The position numbers and the translations under genes were made by a program. Shown here piece by piece: positions 50,943 to 64,000 of a stretch of 64,000 bases of DNA. Position 1 is the first letter of the stretch. The number at the start of each line of letters is the position of its first letter. This DNA is from Octopus bimaculoides (lineage: Eukaryota), in NCBI RefSeq assembly GCF_001194135.2, contig NC_068992.1, positions 33,727,103 to 33,791,102 on the forward strand, in the 5' to 3' direction. The notes under the pieces were generated by a model that was not told where the DNA came from, ran no database searches, and was given only the letters and a program-made list of their open reading frames with translations.

Positions 50943-51451
50943 CAGGGGTTGCCAAACATTTTTAACCATTGACCCACATTAGCCACTTCTTCTCCTTCTG
51001 CATTGACCATCCTCCTCATTTAAAATATCTTAATACCCTATCCTACCCTACCCTACCATATCTTAAATGCGTACCAGGTACTGATGCTGGCAATTAAAAT
51101 GTTAGCTAAAATATACATGTATGACAAATTAAGAAATTCTATTTAAGATGACACACTTTTTACATTTAAAACAGTGTGTACGAGTATACAGTATTAAACT
51201 TTCAATTGTGATGAAATAGTTTTCAGGGTTAGAAAATGTGAAAAACACATCATATTGCTGGAATATCTTTTACTGAAATTGACATCAGTGTGAGGGATGA
51301 GCATGCTGCTGACTAAATATTTCAAGTAGTTCATCTGGGTAAGATGGTCTTTCACACACCAACCCCCATTCCAACACTTGGCTATCATGGATCCCATTTT
51401 ATTCTTCACCAACCCCTAGGGGGTCCCTCAGACCCCCTTTCGCAACCCCTG
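50943..51451 (-). mobile_element. hAT (Charlie-like) MITE or deletion derivative
   Basis: 14-bp TIR caggggttgc(c/g)aaa; 8-bp TSD ttgtatac/ctgtatac; minus strand retains a QQHAHPSH* transposase-like C-terminus. Confidence 0.85.
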
Positions 51452-52429
51452 CTGTATACACTTGCATGAACTCCACTTCGCAATCTACTTGTGTGTGTAT
51501 ATATATATATTTTCCCCTAAATATCTTTGTCAATAGTCTCCTCATGGAATATAGGACTGTGGCAGTTTAAGATCAGCCATATCTTCCTAGAATTTAACCA
51601 CACTGGATCTATGAGGTACACAGTGTTAGATTACAGTTTGCTCCAACTGGCCTGAACACCGATTATATTTGTACTATGTCCAGAACATTTTTACTTATTT
51701 ACTTCTGGCTATGCTCTTCTCTCCAGGTATATTGTGTGTCCTCAATGACAGTGAATTGGATAGACTTATCTATTGACACATAGGACTTATGGACCTTTAT
51801 GATATATTTGATGTATGAATGTGTGTATATGTATGTGTATATATATATGTGTGTGTGGATGTATTTTTGGTGTGTGTGTGTGTGTGTGCATTTGCCAGTA
51901 ACAAGATTCACTAGAATCTAGGTATTTCAACATGTAGCATGCCAATATAAGCTGGGTACTGAACTTATAATACTCAGGAACAACTTAAAGTTGTTGTTTG
52001 TTGGCTGCATGCATGTATACACTCAGGCATTTATCTATATTTATATAAATACACATAGACAGGTGCATATACACATAGGTATTCAGTCCAATACAAACTT
52101 CAGATCCAACCCAAGGATGGTTCCAAGTGTAGCATATGTATAAAAGAAGAACACAGGTGGGGCTTGATGGCAAAATATCTGACATCATTAGTTAAATTTT
52201 ACTTGTTCCACCACGTAGTTGGTGAGCGAGTGATCTCATATTTCTACCTTACCTGGTTGTTTAAAATTTACATGATGATGGTAGATTTTTCGCCATGATG
52301 TAATCTATGAATGCATCAATAAAATGCTGCCAAGATAGCTGTTGTGAACTTTGAACCCCCCTTGTTTACTTCTTGTGTGTGTGTGTGTGTGTATGTGTGT
52401 GTGTTTGTGAAAAGGTCCTTTCCAAGCAC

Positions 52430-52620
52430 TATATTCTCCACCTGGATGGGATGTCAGTCCGTCACCATAGGATTACCCATTTATGCCAGCTAAGTGGACT
52501 GGAGCAATGAGAAATGAAGTGTCTTGCTTAAGAACAGAATGCATCATCTAGTCCAGGAATCGAAATCACAATCTTACAATCATGAGTGCAACACCCTAAT
52601 AACTAAGCCAAGTACCTCCG
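52430..52620 (-). mobile_element. tRNA-derived SINE, family 3
   Basis: Reverse complement has tggcttagttattagggtg (A-box-like), gatttcgattcc (B-box-like) and a core gactgacatcccatccagg. Confidence 0.65.
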
Positions 52621-53008
52621 CATACACATGTGTGCTTGTACGTGTTTGTATTTTTATGTGAATGTTTTTATCTGTCTTGTTTACATCTAAAGGATGTTTG
52701 TTTGTCCCTTTGCCTTTAAATTGACAACCAGACATAGGCTATTTTCTTTTGATTTATAACCAGACCAATTAATGATCCACAACTTTTGATACAGTTATTC
52801 TGCTTCTTATTACTATTGTTATTAATTTTTCTTTTTTTTTTTTTTGATCACCCCTACTTAAGTTTGAGAGAGATGTGACCATGTACTTCCATGGTAGATT
52901 TTTGCTGTGTCTTGCCATATTGAGAAGTATGCAATGTTGTTGATAATTTGCATAACAGGAAATGTATATATTTAGAACTTTTAACATCTGTCATTGTGTT
53001 CATTGCAG

Positions 53009-53058
53009 AACACTGATGAAATAAGCACAAAATTGTATAATGTTTCTACAATTAATAT
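53009..53058 (+). CDS. candidate exon
   Basis: ttgtgttcattgcag| NTDEISTKLYNVSTIN |gtaagt; only one frame is open. Confidence 0.3.
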
Positions 53059-53730
53059 GTAAGTATTACAGCATTTTGATGGAACACATGTAAGTTCTTT
53101 AAAGCATTGAATACTATACCTGTTTTCTGTATGCTATTACTATTACTTGGCTTATATTCTGCACACTAGCCTATTGCAAGGTTGATTCTTAACTGGAGAG
53201 TAGAATCCACTACTGAGCCTGATATTTGATTATGTGTTGTGTTTTACAGTGTCTTTTTTTCAATGTGTATATGTTTGCATGCACATGCGTGCACGCGCAT
53301 GTGTGTGTATGTGTGTGTCAATAATGTGAGTAGGGTACTGGAGGCTCTCTATTGGTAATGATTGCTTTGTTAAAAAGTTGTTGTAAATACATAATTTTCT
53401 TGTTGTTACAACTTAAACATGTTGTGTTCCATAAGGCTGACTTCACTCAGTTATGCTATTTGACATACAAGCTATTTGCTGTTCAAGTTATATTTCTATT
53501 CTTCATGACTTAGTGTACAATTATTGCATTTTGTATTAGTCTCTGCCATACAATGGATGAAAAGAAATCAGTTTCTTAATTGTATTCACAGGAAAATAAT
53601 TTTACAAAAGACGAATTAAAATGGATTAAAGAAAGTCTAAGATCTGCTCTGAGATCTAGTATTATGTTGAAACATACTTGCAGCACATTGTCAATGAAAT
53701 AAAATCAAATGAACATTTTTTTTTCTTTAG

Positions 53731-53766
53731 GAAGATCTAAGGCAAGATGTTAGTGAGAAAACCATA
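53731..53766 (+). CDS. candidate micro-exon (36 nt, phase 0 to 0)
   Basis: tttttttttctttag| EDLRQDVSEKTI |gtaaga; only one frame is open. Confidence 0.3.
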
Positions 53767-54989
53767 GTAAGAAGAGAGTGAAAGCTTTCAAAAGCTACAT
53801 TTTCTAAATATTGATTGTATTTTGTGTAAGCTGGTAAAGGAAATCATAGGCTAGCACTAGAATATCGTTAAGCTGGGATTAGTTTTACATATGACAAATA
53901 TATCCATTACAGCATCTAATTTTATTGCTTATGAATGTCAGTTGTTTTAAATCATTGCAGTGAATTTAATGGAGGTTTACTTCCAGCTGAGGATTGTAAA
54001 AGGAAAGATATGTTTAATAGTACTACATTGTTAGAGCTAGGAACCCAAAGGATTTATATTCTGGCTGGATATCTAAAATAAAACAGAACAGTTTCGTTTT
54101 ACAGATTTTATTCTTGTTAGATTTCAACAAGGGAAGGTTGATGATATTTGAACAAATTAACGTTAATATATTCAGGAAATATAACTGTAGCCAATAAAAT
54201 ATCTTAGATATACATTTTAACTCTAACATTAAGATGGTGTTGAACCTCACAGTGCCTCATCGACTATGTAATCTTGTAAAAACAACCTAAAGTAGACAAG
54301 GAGGTCGTAATAAAATATTCCTTTGAGTATTGCTGCATTAAATAGCTGTGCATATAGTAGCAGGAATCTAAGTAATAAGTTGTAATAAATGAACTTGATT
54401 TGCCTGACAATTCAACCATTTTATACCTATTAATGATGCTATTCAGCTGATGTTTCAGTCTTTGCAAACATTCATGTCTCTAATACATCCACCTAACTGA
54501 TTATAAAATCTCTGCTCATTCAGTAATTGATGAATTTACTAATGGTTTAAATTTTAATATGCGAATTTCCAACAACTTTGACATTGATGTTAGGGTTCTT
54601 GGAGAAATTGGCACCTAACATAAGATTAAATACGTATTTCACATTATAGCTCCTTACCACCTATCATCAATAAAGTTTAACTTCAGGTTCTTTTGTTTCA
54701 TTTCATTTCAAGTCTACTATTATTTCCCTGCTGATACACTTTTAGCCTCAGTATGACAGTATTTACCTGACACTTATACCATAATATACTTGTTCAAGCT
54801 GAATGAATGGATTTATATTAATATTCATAATCTAGTGCTTTAATAACTTCCTTAAGTTTGATTTAATTGGAATATCATTGTCATATTTCCATGCTCTCAT
54901 TAATACGTTTCTATTATCATCATTGGCAGCAACAGTATTGTTACCACCATCATTGATATCATTTTAATTGTATAATAATAATAATGGTT

Positions 54990-55190
54990 TAAAATTTTGG
55001 AACAAGGCAAACAATTTCAGTGAGGAAGGGCTTAGATGATTACACTGACCCCAGTGCTTATCTGATACTTTATTTTATTGAGCCTGAAAGGATGGAGTGT
55101 TATGTTAACAGAATTTGAACTCAGAATGTAAAAAACTGAAAAAGATGATGTTAAGCATTTTTCCCTGGTGCTAATGATTCTTAGAGCTCA
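54990..55190 (-). mobile_element. SINE family 1
   Basis: Reverse complement gagctctaagaatcattagc...ctgagttcaaattc. Confidence 0.65.
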
Positions 55191-55249
55191 ATGCCAAAAG
55201 AATCATATTAAGAGTTTAGTGTTTATATTCATTCCAACTGCTGCATGTA

Positions 55250-55950
55250 GACAGAAAATAGAAGCAAGAGACACCTTGATGTCACTAGGAATACAATCTG
55301 CCACTATTCTTATATAAAGGACTCTCAGCTACAATAAGCCTAGCATTCAGTGGAAAGATCATTGATGGTTGGGTGACCTAGACTTTGCTGATTATATTGC
55401 ATTGTTGGCAGCATTCTCAGATGATCTTTAAGAGCTGACTACCACTAGTGTGAAATGGGGAAAAAAATGAGACTGAGAATGAATGCATTGAAATAGAACT
55501 CTTACTCAGCCAAGAAGCATGTGAGGCTGGTTTGAGGATTAAAGACCAGATTGTAGAAGATGTGATCCTATTTATGTAATTTGGCAGTGTTTCACCCAGA
55601 TGAAGAAAATGCATAATTGGGAAGATGGCAACAGTATTTCAGCAAAAATGCATAATCAATTCCATGAACACACTGGACAAAACACCAACATCTATCTGTA
55701 CTATACTGTCATACTAAAAACAAGAGTATGTACATGCAAAATCTGAAAACAAATTGTTAGAATCACAAAAAGTTTGCAGTCAAATGACTGGGTCTGAACT
55801 AAAGAAGTTATAAGAGAAGCATTGTCACAAAAACTTCAAGACATAGTAATAGGAAAGAGAATGCATCTAACTGGTTATATTTTGCTGAAGCCAGATGGTT
55901 GGTATATAAAACCTGAGATGGACTCCAACTGCAGAAAGAAAACAATGAGG
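55250..55950 (+). pseudogene. old RTE RT remnant
   Basis: GIQW...LGDLDFADYIALL...LRMN..K. Confidence 0.7.
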
Positions 55951-58105
55951 AAAACTAGGGATCATATAGTGATAATACTTTTGTTAGGCCTGAAGACTGT
56001 CAACACAGACACCAAGAAAAAGAAAAAGAATGATTGGAAACACTGGAAGATTTTTTATATGCTGAATCTCTTTAGCTGGAAAAAACAAAACATGAAACAT
56101 GAAACATAAAAAGGATTATGCTCTATGAATTAGGTTGTTATTTTTTATACTGTTTGTTTTACATCGAGCCCTATGAGCGCATGTATATATAATAATATCA
56201 CTGCTGATATATTTTGTGCGAAAAATATCTCCTGGTGTTGTTAGAGATACTAGTAGGGTATTTTGAATATAAATTTAAATATGATAGTATTTTCAATCTC
56301 CTGTGGTATCTGAAACTAAATACAAACTGCAAAGATATTATTTTCAAATGAGAAATTTTAATAATGACAGCATTCCAGCCAAAGTGACTCCTTCATTTTT
56401 AAGGAATTGTTTTATTATATTCTATATCACATTTTCTATCTTACAGATTCTGTATAAGAATATCAAAATTCAACTATTCAGGATAGAAGATTGGATTTGC
56501 TTACATTTCTAAAATATCCATTTAGTACACTATGGATCATATTATTAGAAAACTAGCTCATTTAGAAAATCTCTGTTAGAGATGATTGCAGTATTTATAC
56601 TGAGATGTAACGTTTACCCCACCTAGATGTGGGTGTTCTATAAGAACAAGTAATACTGATATTTAAACCCCAGGAGGACACTTCCTTCTGCTGGTTATTC
56701 AGTGTACTTTGCACTTAATATTAATTGCAAGTGGGGAGAAAATTCCCAACTATTCTAACTCAGAGAACACCATATCACATGATTTCTATCTTATTTGATC
56801 ATCATTGGTGATCGATACTAATCTAGTAGACATAGCAGTAATTTATCCCAGCTCACAATATATGGAAAAACAGTGTCACACTGCCACTGGTTTTGCAACT
56901 AGAAAACTAGCTCGTTAATAAAATCCCTGTAGAGATGAAAGAGATGTGTGTGTGCACGGTGCATGCATGTGGGGTGTGGGGTGTGCAGCAAATCTATTTG
57001 GCAGCCCTAAACAGTAAGTCACTGCCAAGAAATCAAACCAAGAACATTGTATCCAATGCAAAAGCAACTAAACAACACAACTGCAATTAAGTCATCTATT
57101 GATAACATCACTCAGGAACTGACTGACCACTCAGATATCAGTAAAACAGGATATTATTAACAATTCCATATTTTGGCATCGTTTTCTCTTTGAAAGTAAT
57201 AACTATAAATAGAATTCTCTTTCTACTAGCAGCCTAAGGATGTCTGTAAGCCAGCCAGTAACAGTGTAGCATTTTTTATGGCACCATGACAAAAATAAGA
57301 GAAGTATGGTTGTAGTATCAAGGCCAATGGTCAATGACAGCACAGCTGAGCCAGCTAGCTACTAGAATCACATGATCACAGTTACTTTCATTTGTGACCA
57401 CAACATCTTATACAAATTTGAACTATCTAATTTGGTGTGAACATCTTTTTTCTTTGTTGTCGGTTATCATGACAATATATATTTTGTTAACGATAAAAAT
57501 ATTTTTGTATTTTAGACCTCAACAGAATTTATGTTCTAACATTCATAGACATACACTCAATTAAGCAAATCCTTCACTGATTACAATCTAAAAATAAATA
57601 TTTTATCATTATACACACCCACTCACACACACATACACACATACAAACTCATGTGATATTATATAAATCTGTGAGTGCATGTATATATGCACACACACAC
57701 AGGAAGAGATATAGAGAAAGATTTGAAAGATGTATGCATATGTGTGCATGTATAACCCACCAAAGCTGGTACATTCATAAGAATTATTAAGTTTGCTCAA
57801 TGTAATCATGGATCAAAATGTGAAATGAAGATATTTTGACAGTTATTTTGATATAGCACTGCACACTCCATCTGTATTTATATAATCATATATACATGGC
57901 AGTATTGGAGGTGCTAAATAAATGTTGTTAAATGATGGTGTTAAATAATTTCATTATTGAGGTATAACAACATTTTCTTTTTTGTTCATAAGTAGCACAC
58001 TAATACTAGTATGAATTCTCATACACTGATATTAAGCTAGAATATTCACATTTACATATATACAACAGTTGTATGAATAAAACAATATTCAATACATGTC
58101 AAATG

Positions 58106-58469
58106 AAACAAGAGCACAAACCTCCACCAAGGCAACACCAACGTCCACTCAATGATTAGCCAGAGTTGATGTTTAAAATGAGAATATCCAAAATAAACTC
58201 GACTGCATTCACAAACGAGAATACTAAAAATGAACCCGACTGCTCTCAAATATTTAGTAAAAAAATTTTTAAAAACAATCCAGAATCCTTGTCCAGTACT
58301 GGATTGATCCCAAAATCTAATCAGCTCATGCCATCATGAGGCCAAGCATCCCTGAAAGTTTCATCTGAATCCATCTTGCAGTTCTTGTGATATCTTGTCC
58401 GTGGACAAGCAAACAAATAAACAAATGTGACTGAAAACAATACCTCCGCCTTTGTGAATGCAGAGGTAA
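58106..58469 (-). mobile_element. complete short Helentron/DINE-like element
   Basis: 5' hairpin acctctgc..ggcggaggt and 3' ccttggtggaggt...gctcttgttt; homologous to 1428-1600 and 2203-2408. Confidence 0.55.
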
Positions 58470-58779
58470 TAAGTACAAGTTTTCATAGCATAATATGCTA
58501 AATAGTGTCACGTTTCTAGGTTTGGTTGGTGCTATGTAGATATATTTCATTGGTTGTATGAATAATAACAGAAGCAACACCTGCAAACATTTAACTGAAA
58601 TATTTATTATGGGATACAATGATATTTGTTGTTGGCCATTTATAATTACTAACATTAATAATTACATACTGGGACAGAAACAACTGCTCTGGAATTACAG
58701 AGAGCTATTTGTGTGACAACATGCAGTTGGCTCCAAATATACAAAATCCATTCTGAAAATCACCATGATTTCAGAGGTC

Positions 58780-59050
58780 CTTGGTTGTTTGCCCTAGGTC
58801 AACTGGAGCCATCTGATGGCAAGAATACAGGGTGCATATTGCTCAGCTGCCTTTCAATACTCTGCAATTGAAAAAAACACCAAAGTGGCTTTTTTATAAG
58901 GTACAAGAACATTCTAGCAAGCCAAATCATGCTACAACTTGACATTGATTGGTGTTCAATAGACCGATCATGTGAAACTGTCATGGTTCACTCATAGTGT
59001 GTGACCAGTTATCTATTGATTGAGGTTTAAAATCATGGCTACAATTGTAC
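58780..59050 (+). pseudogene. old RTE C-terminal remnant
   Basis: TPKWLFY(G)...C.ID..WE-like sequence. Confidence 0.45.
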
Positions 59051-59899
59051 TATGAAAGAGTTCGTAATGATCTGAGAACAAATTAAGGGAAAACAATGAA
59101 AGTGCTTTATCAGAAAGCTAACTGACATAGCTTCAGTAGTTCTGTCTGGGAGTACATGTTCAGGTAGTTCTGTCTGAGAGTACGAGAGACTAACAGGGCT
59201 TCTAGAATGTTAGACCAAGCCATCTAGGGAGAAAATTCAAGCTCACTTAGTTACACATCATCCGATCTGACTGGTTGCACTATGTTCACATTGGTGTAAC
59301 TGCATTTTATGGTGACTAATTATTTTTTTATAATTGCAGTTACCTTGTTACCTTTTATGGCAGTATGATAGGCAGTTGTCCTGAGCCAGGGAACCTGAGC
59401 ACAATAATTCAGAACTAAGCAGGTGACTTGTTACACTAGAACAATGGAAGACTGACAAATATAATGGTTGGAGGTGAACAACATTACTCAGTACAATTCT
59501 ATTTATTATTCACTTTTACACTTCTCCTGAAGAAATAATCTCCTTTTGTTTTCTAGAACTGCACTCTTGCCCCTAACTAATTAGCTTGTTAATTAGGTAA
59601 CAGGATTCATTTACCTCGCCTTTCTGTTGCATATGTTTCATTATATTGTATTAACAAACAAAGAGTCCTCTACAAAACACTTCACTTTCAAGGTGTGAGG
59701 TTCTTTGCATCAACTTGGAAATTCAACTCAAGCTAATTTCTCTATAATAATTTTATTGTTGGAGTATCATGCCACCACTTAGCTGTCGTTTTACTCATTT
59801 GTTTTCAAATCCAAAGATACACACTTACAATTAAATCAACTAAAATTAACTTCTGTATGATACAGGGACAAAATGCAATTTGAGTCTGGAGATTTTCAT

Positions 59900-60150
59900 C
59901 ATATGCTTTAGATAACATGAAACAGATGTCATAGAAGATGACATTAGAACCTAGCTATAATACAGAGAATGTGGCCCTGGATATCAAGTGTTAATAGAAA
60001 GAGTTAAAATGGTAAATAATGTTCATGCTTGTGACAGCAGTGATAGGAAATATCAAAGAAATGGAGAATGCTAGACGCACCCAAACTCTGTTATGCAAGA
60101 ATTTTATTACATCATTTGCATACTGACTTGTCAACAGAAACATTTTGCTT
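59900..60150 (+). pseudogene. R4/Dong-type 3' remnant
   Basis: ERVKMV..M.V...IG.I..QEFYYIIC..L resembles the RLE C-terminal region. Confidence 0.4.
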
Positions 60151-60354
60151 GTAGTATTGTCAATATATTCTATTAAACGAACTCATCATCCAGAACAATT
60201 ATCCAGAGCAACCAAAAGTCAAGATACTCTTCAAGACAATTTGTCTCAACTCATCTGCAGCACTTACATTCCTGATGACACTGATTATTCACCTGCTGTT
60301 GATTTATTCTCTTTTCAGGAACCCGAGTTTCTAAGAGTGAGAAATGGGTGTCTG

Positions 60355-60510
60355 TTAGCTCATGTTCCTGTCTACCAAATCCACTCACAGGGCTTTGGTC
60401 AGTCCAAGGCTATAGTAGAAGACACTTGCCCAAGGTCCCATGCAGTGGGACTGAAACTGGAACCATGTCATAAAGAAGCAAGCTACTTACCACACAGCCA
60501 TGCTTGTACC
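60355..60510 (-). mobile_element. SINE family 2 head
   Basis: ctaccaaatccactcacagggctttggtc...ccacacagccatgc. Confidence 0.8.
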
Positions 60511-60811
60511 TGTATACACACACACATAAATATCAAAGGAAAAAGAAAACAAAACCAAGGCAGAACAAGTATCTCATGTCATTTAGAAAATTTAATTAGA
60601 GTAAGGTGAATCAAAAATGAAGAAGTAGAATTAATGTTCAATATAACTATGGGCTTTTCTGACCTCCTCCAAATGAAGCTCATTTGATCTACAACATATA
60701 AATAAAATATACAATTTACGTTGTTAATTATAATCCTTCCATATACCATCCATGCCAGCATAGAAGGCAGATGTTAAAGAATGATGATGATGATGATGAT
60801 AACTGTAATGC

Positions 60812-61170
60812 TAGGCACAGGTATGGCTGTATGGTAAGACACTTGCTTCTCAACCACTTAGTTCTGGGTTCAGTCCCACTGTGTAGCACCTTGGGCTTCA
60901 GGCCGACTAAAGCCTTGTGAGTGGATTTGGTAGATGGAAACTGAAAGAAACCCGTCGTGTGTGTGTGTTTTTCTGTCTGTGTTTGTCCCCCACCACTGCT
61001 TGACAACCGGTGCTGGTGTGTTTACATCCCTGTAACTTAACAGTTTGGCACAAGCGACCAATAGAGTAAGTACCAGGCTCTAAAAAATAAGTACTGGATT
61101 TGATACATTCAACTAAAATTTCAAGGTGGTGCCCCAACATGGCCACATTCAAATGACTGAAACAAGTAAA
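60812..61170 (+). mobile_element. SINE family 2, full length
   Basis: ggcacaggtatggctgtatggtaag...gggttcagtccc...tgactgaaacaagtaaaag. Confidence 0.85.
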
Positions 61171-61599
61171 AGATAAAAATATAGTCATCTGATGTTTACA
61201 AAATTTTCTGTCATTTTGATACTTTTTATAATATTTAGTCTACTTGTGAGGGGGTGAGGCCTTTCCTTCTACTTCAACACCTCTTTGTTCATCAAATCCT
61301 TTATTTTTCACTTATACCCTCACCTCATCTTTTCTTTTCATCTCACTCTCAACTTCATATGCTTCTCCTCCTTATTCTATTCCTTTTTCTTTCTGCCACT
61401 CGCAGTCTGTTTCTCTCTCCTATCAATTCTGGTTCACCATGAAGCCTCCATGATCTTGTTTCATATCAGTTGCAGGTAGTTTTTCTAACTTAGTGAATGT
61501 GAAACTCTGCTGTCTCGCATTAATTTCTTTTCTGTCAACTTTACCCTGAAGAAAGACTTTGTCTGAAATATTGGATTTTCCATTCCCCATGGCAAATTG

Positions 61600-62290
61600 A
61601 CTGGACTGTTTTTACAGCAATTTAGTTTACTAAATAATACATGTCTTGCTGACACAGACCATCACTCAGTCCTTAAAACACATGTGTATTGCAGCTTCTC
61701 TCAACAAATTAAATTCATAGCGAACACTAGGCTTAAAAAACACATGTATAAACTCAATCCTGGAGGTGGGGCTATGCCCCACCACTGGACACACAAACAC
61801 TCCCACTATAGATAGATGCACTAAAGCCCCTTCTAGAAACTTAAAAGGAACTCAACTTGGATGCTCTCACTCACCCTGCATTGATCCATATAACACTCAA
61901 TCAAGACTCAAACTGATAAACAGTACTGAGTCCCTGGGTTATCCTCTAACAGATGATATAGATTATACTTCCCCTATACTGCCTTACAAAAGTGGGGGAA
62001 GATTGAATCTCTGGTTTGATCCCCCATTTGCCTTAAGTGTTAAGGGCTTAGCCAAAACTTTTCTTTTACAATTGTTAGACTCTAACTTCCTTTGTCACTA
62101 TAAATACCATTCGATCTTCAACAGATCTACTCTGCAATTATCCTACTCCTCTCCGCCCAATATAGAATCTATTGTTGCCTCATCTAATAAGTGTAAACTT
62201 AATTCACACTACCTAAATAATGCCTATGGGCAGAGCAGTCAAAATATATATAATCATAACTTGTCAATGCAGCGACAATATTAACACCGA
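61600..62290 (+). pseudogene. Penelope-like thumb/linker remnant
   Basis: ORF 61766..62284 contains LWFDPPFALSVK..FLLQLLDSNF..H.KYHSIFNRSTLQLSYSSPPNIESIVAS, then TCQC. Confidence 0.8.
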
Positions 62291-62339
62291 CCATGATAGC
62301 ATACACCACACCTGAAACACAAGCACTATAACCAGCATA

Positions 62340-62485
62340 AACCAGGATATGGATATCCGCACTTCTGAGGATGATTGAAGTATAGCTGAAATGAATGTTA
62401 ATAATAATAGTACTAATACTACTACCACCACCACCACCACCACTATTACTGCTGCTTCTACTACTACTACTACTACTACTACTAC

Positions 62486-62533
<48 letters not shown>

Positions 62534-62848
62534 TGATAATAATTCCTCATTCACCTTATTCTCCCAACTTTGCTCCTTCAGACTACCATTTGTTTTGTAG
62601 TTTACAGAATCATCTGGGGGATATAACTTTCACAAGATAGCAGGAGGTCGAAACTGACATTTCAGAGTACTTCGCTTTGAAACCAAAAGAGTTTTGCATT
62701 GATGGGATTAAAAAGCTTGTAAATAGATGGAAGGAAGTCATAGATAATCAGGGAAAGTACATTGATGATTAAATTTCAATTAAATATAACATTTGATCAC
62801 CTGTTTTCTTTATTCAAAATTTGGACAGAACTTATGGGATGACCTGAT
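62340..62848 (+). mobile_element. mariner 3' fragment interrupted by a microsatellite
   Basis: HQD....TS, IPHSPYSPNFAPSDYHLFCSLQNHL, RWKEVIDNQGKYIDD*; right TIR ...cttatgggatgacctgata. Confidence 0.88.
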
Positions 62849-63539
62849 ACATACGTTTTGCCTTCATCTATTAATATTTATTGCTCCAGCATAAGTATCT
62901 TAGAAGTTAGCTAACTGCAACTATCTGTTTAATTGTTACTTTTCAATTGTTAAATTTTAATTTTAAATATATTCCCTTAAGTTAGGCATCTATTTCTAGC
63001 ATTTAACTCTCTTTTCCAACCACTAAACTAAGCTTTACCAAACACTAAACTTTCTGACCATACTGAACCTAGAATTCATCTATCTATTTAATTACCCTTA
63101 AATAGACATAAATGCCTTTCTTCTCCACTTTACCAAAACCTTAACCCCTGACCTCACCCCCCCGAACCCACCCTGACAAAAGAATAATACCAGCCTCTTA
63201 CCATTTATCTTTACCTTTATTTTTATTTTATGTTCATTCTCATGCTTATCCTCTTTCTTTTCTAGCTTCTATTCACTCACTCTCAACCCCACCACTTCTC
63301 TCTGATCCATCTATCATGATGTCTGTCTCTCTCACACTACACTCATGTGAACCATTTTTCTTACAAGCTAATCTACTTCATCTATTATACTTAAGGGGCT
63401 ATACCTTCATGGAAATACAGACTAACCTCCACACCCCGCTAGAACAAGATGAACTGTGAACTTTATTCTCCAACCTTTATTCCATCAGCCATTTTATTCT
63501 TTTATATACTGGGAATTCTCTGTTTGGACTTTCTGCATA

Positions 63540-63735
63540 CACATCTTGTCTCCAATGACAGAAAACCCAGTGCATGGAGATGTTGACCCATCACCTGGGA
63601 TATCCCAGAAACAGCTGTACGACATTAATTACTTCTACTTTTCCATATTTGATTCACCTTACACCAATTAAATATTCTAAATGACCTGAGATGCTCGCCC
63701 TGCCTTGGTTTTGTTTTCCTTTCTCTTTAATATAT
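63540..63735 (+). mobile_element. Penelope-type repeat (same family as 31829-32465)
   Basis: atgacagaa..cccagtg...cacctgggatatcccagaaacagctgta...ttggttttg. Confidence 0.65.
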
Positions 63736-63881
63736 ACCTGCTGACTTGGATGCTTACTATAGATCTCTAGCTCCAGCCTCAGCTGTAAACTTGGAATCTA
63801 ACAGATGACCAATTATAGCACTTACGCTGCATACCTACTGGTTTAGATCATCAGTGAACTAAACGCCTCACATTCTTTATA

Positions 63882-63923
<42 letters not shown>

Positions 63924-64000
63924 CGAGAGAGAGTGCGTATTATTGTTGCTGTTGTAGTTCTTCTTTTTATTATTATTATTATTACTATTATTACTATTAT

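Noticed and set aside
53592-53658. Open frame ENNFTKDELKWIKESLRSAL after an acceptor-like site
   Set aside because: No donor is in a phase compatible with the 53731 candidate.

Overview
AT-rich, microsatellite-dense eukaryotic DNA with nine N-gaps. The SINE repertoire and repeat mix look like a coleoid cephalopod (Octopus-like); this is recall-based inference, not a database result. No intact long host CDS is present, and the window is mostly decayed transposable elements. (1) Five same-orientation R4/Dong-type RLE LINE copies are stacked between 2.4 and 10.9 kb with (ATT)n/(TTG)n runs at the junctions. (2) Other retroelements include an internally deleted Ty3/Gypsy element with LTR and PBS, many RTE pieces, CR1 and L1/Tx1 3' ends, several Penelope-like (GIY-YIG) remnants with degenerate minimal hammerhead-like motifs, and three or four SINE families. 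(3) DNA elements include three mariner copies, Helitron/Helentron-type pieces and a hAT MITE with an 8-bp TSD. The features most worth follow-up are the Dong stack, a full tRNA cloverleaf with anticodon GGA but a short variable loop, a >=165-bp palindrome with four ETS-like sites, several foldback pairs, a duplicated exon-like segment, and a weakly supported chain of + strand micro-exons. I see no clearly novel system; the exon calls in particular could arise by chance.
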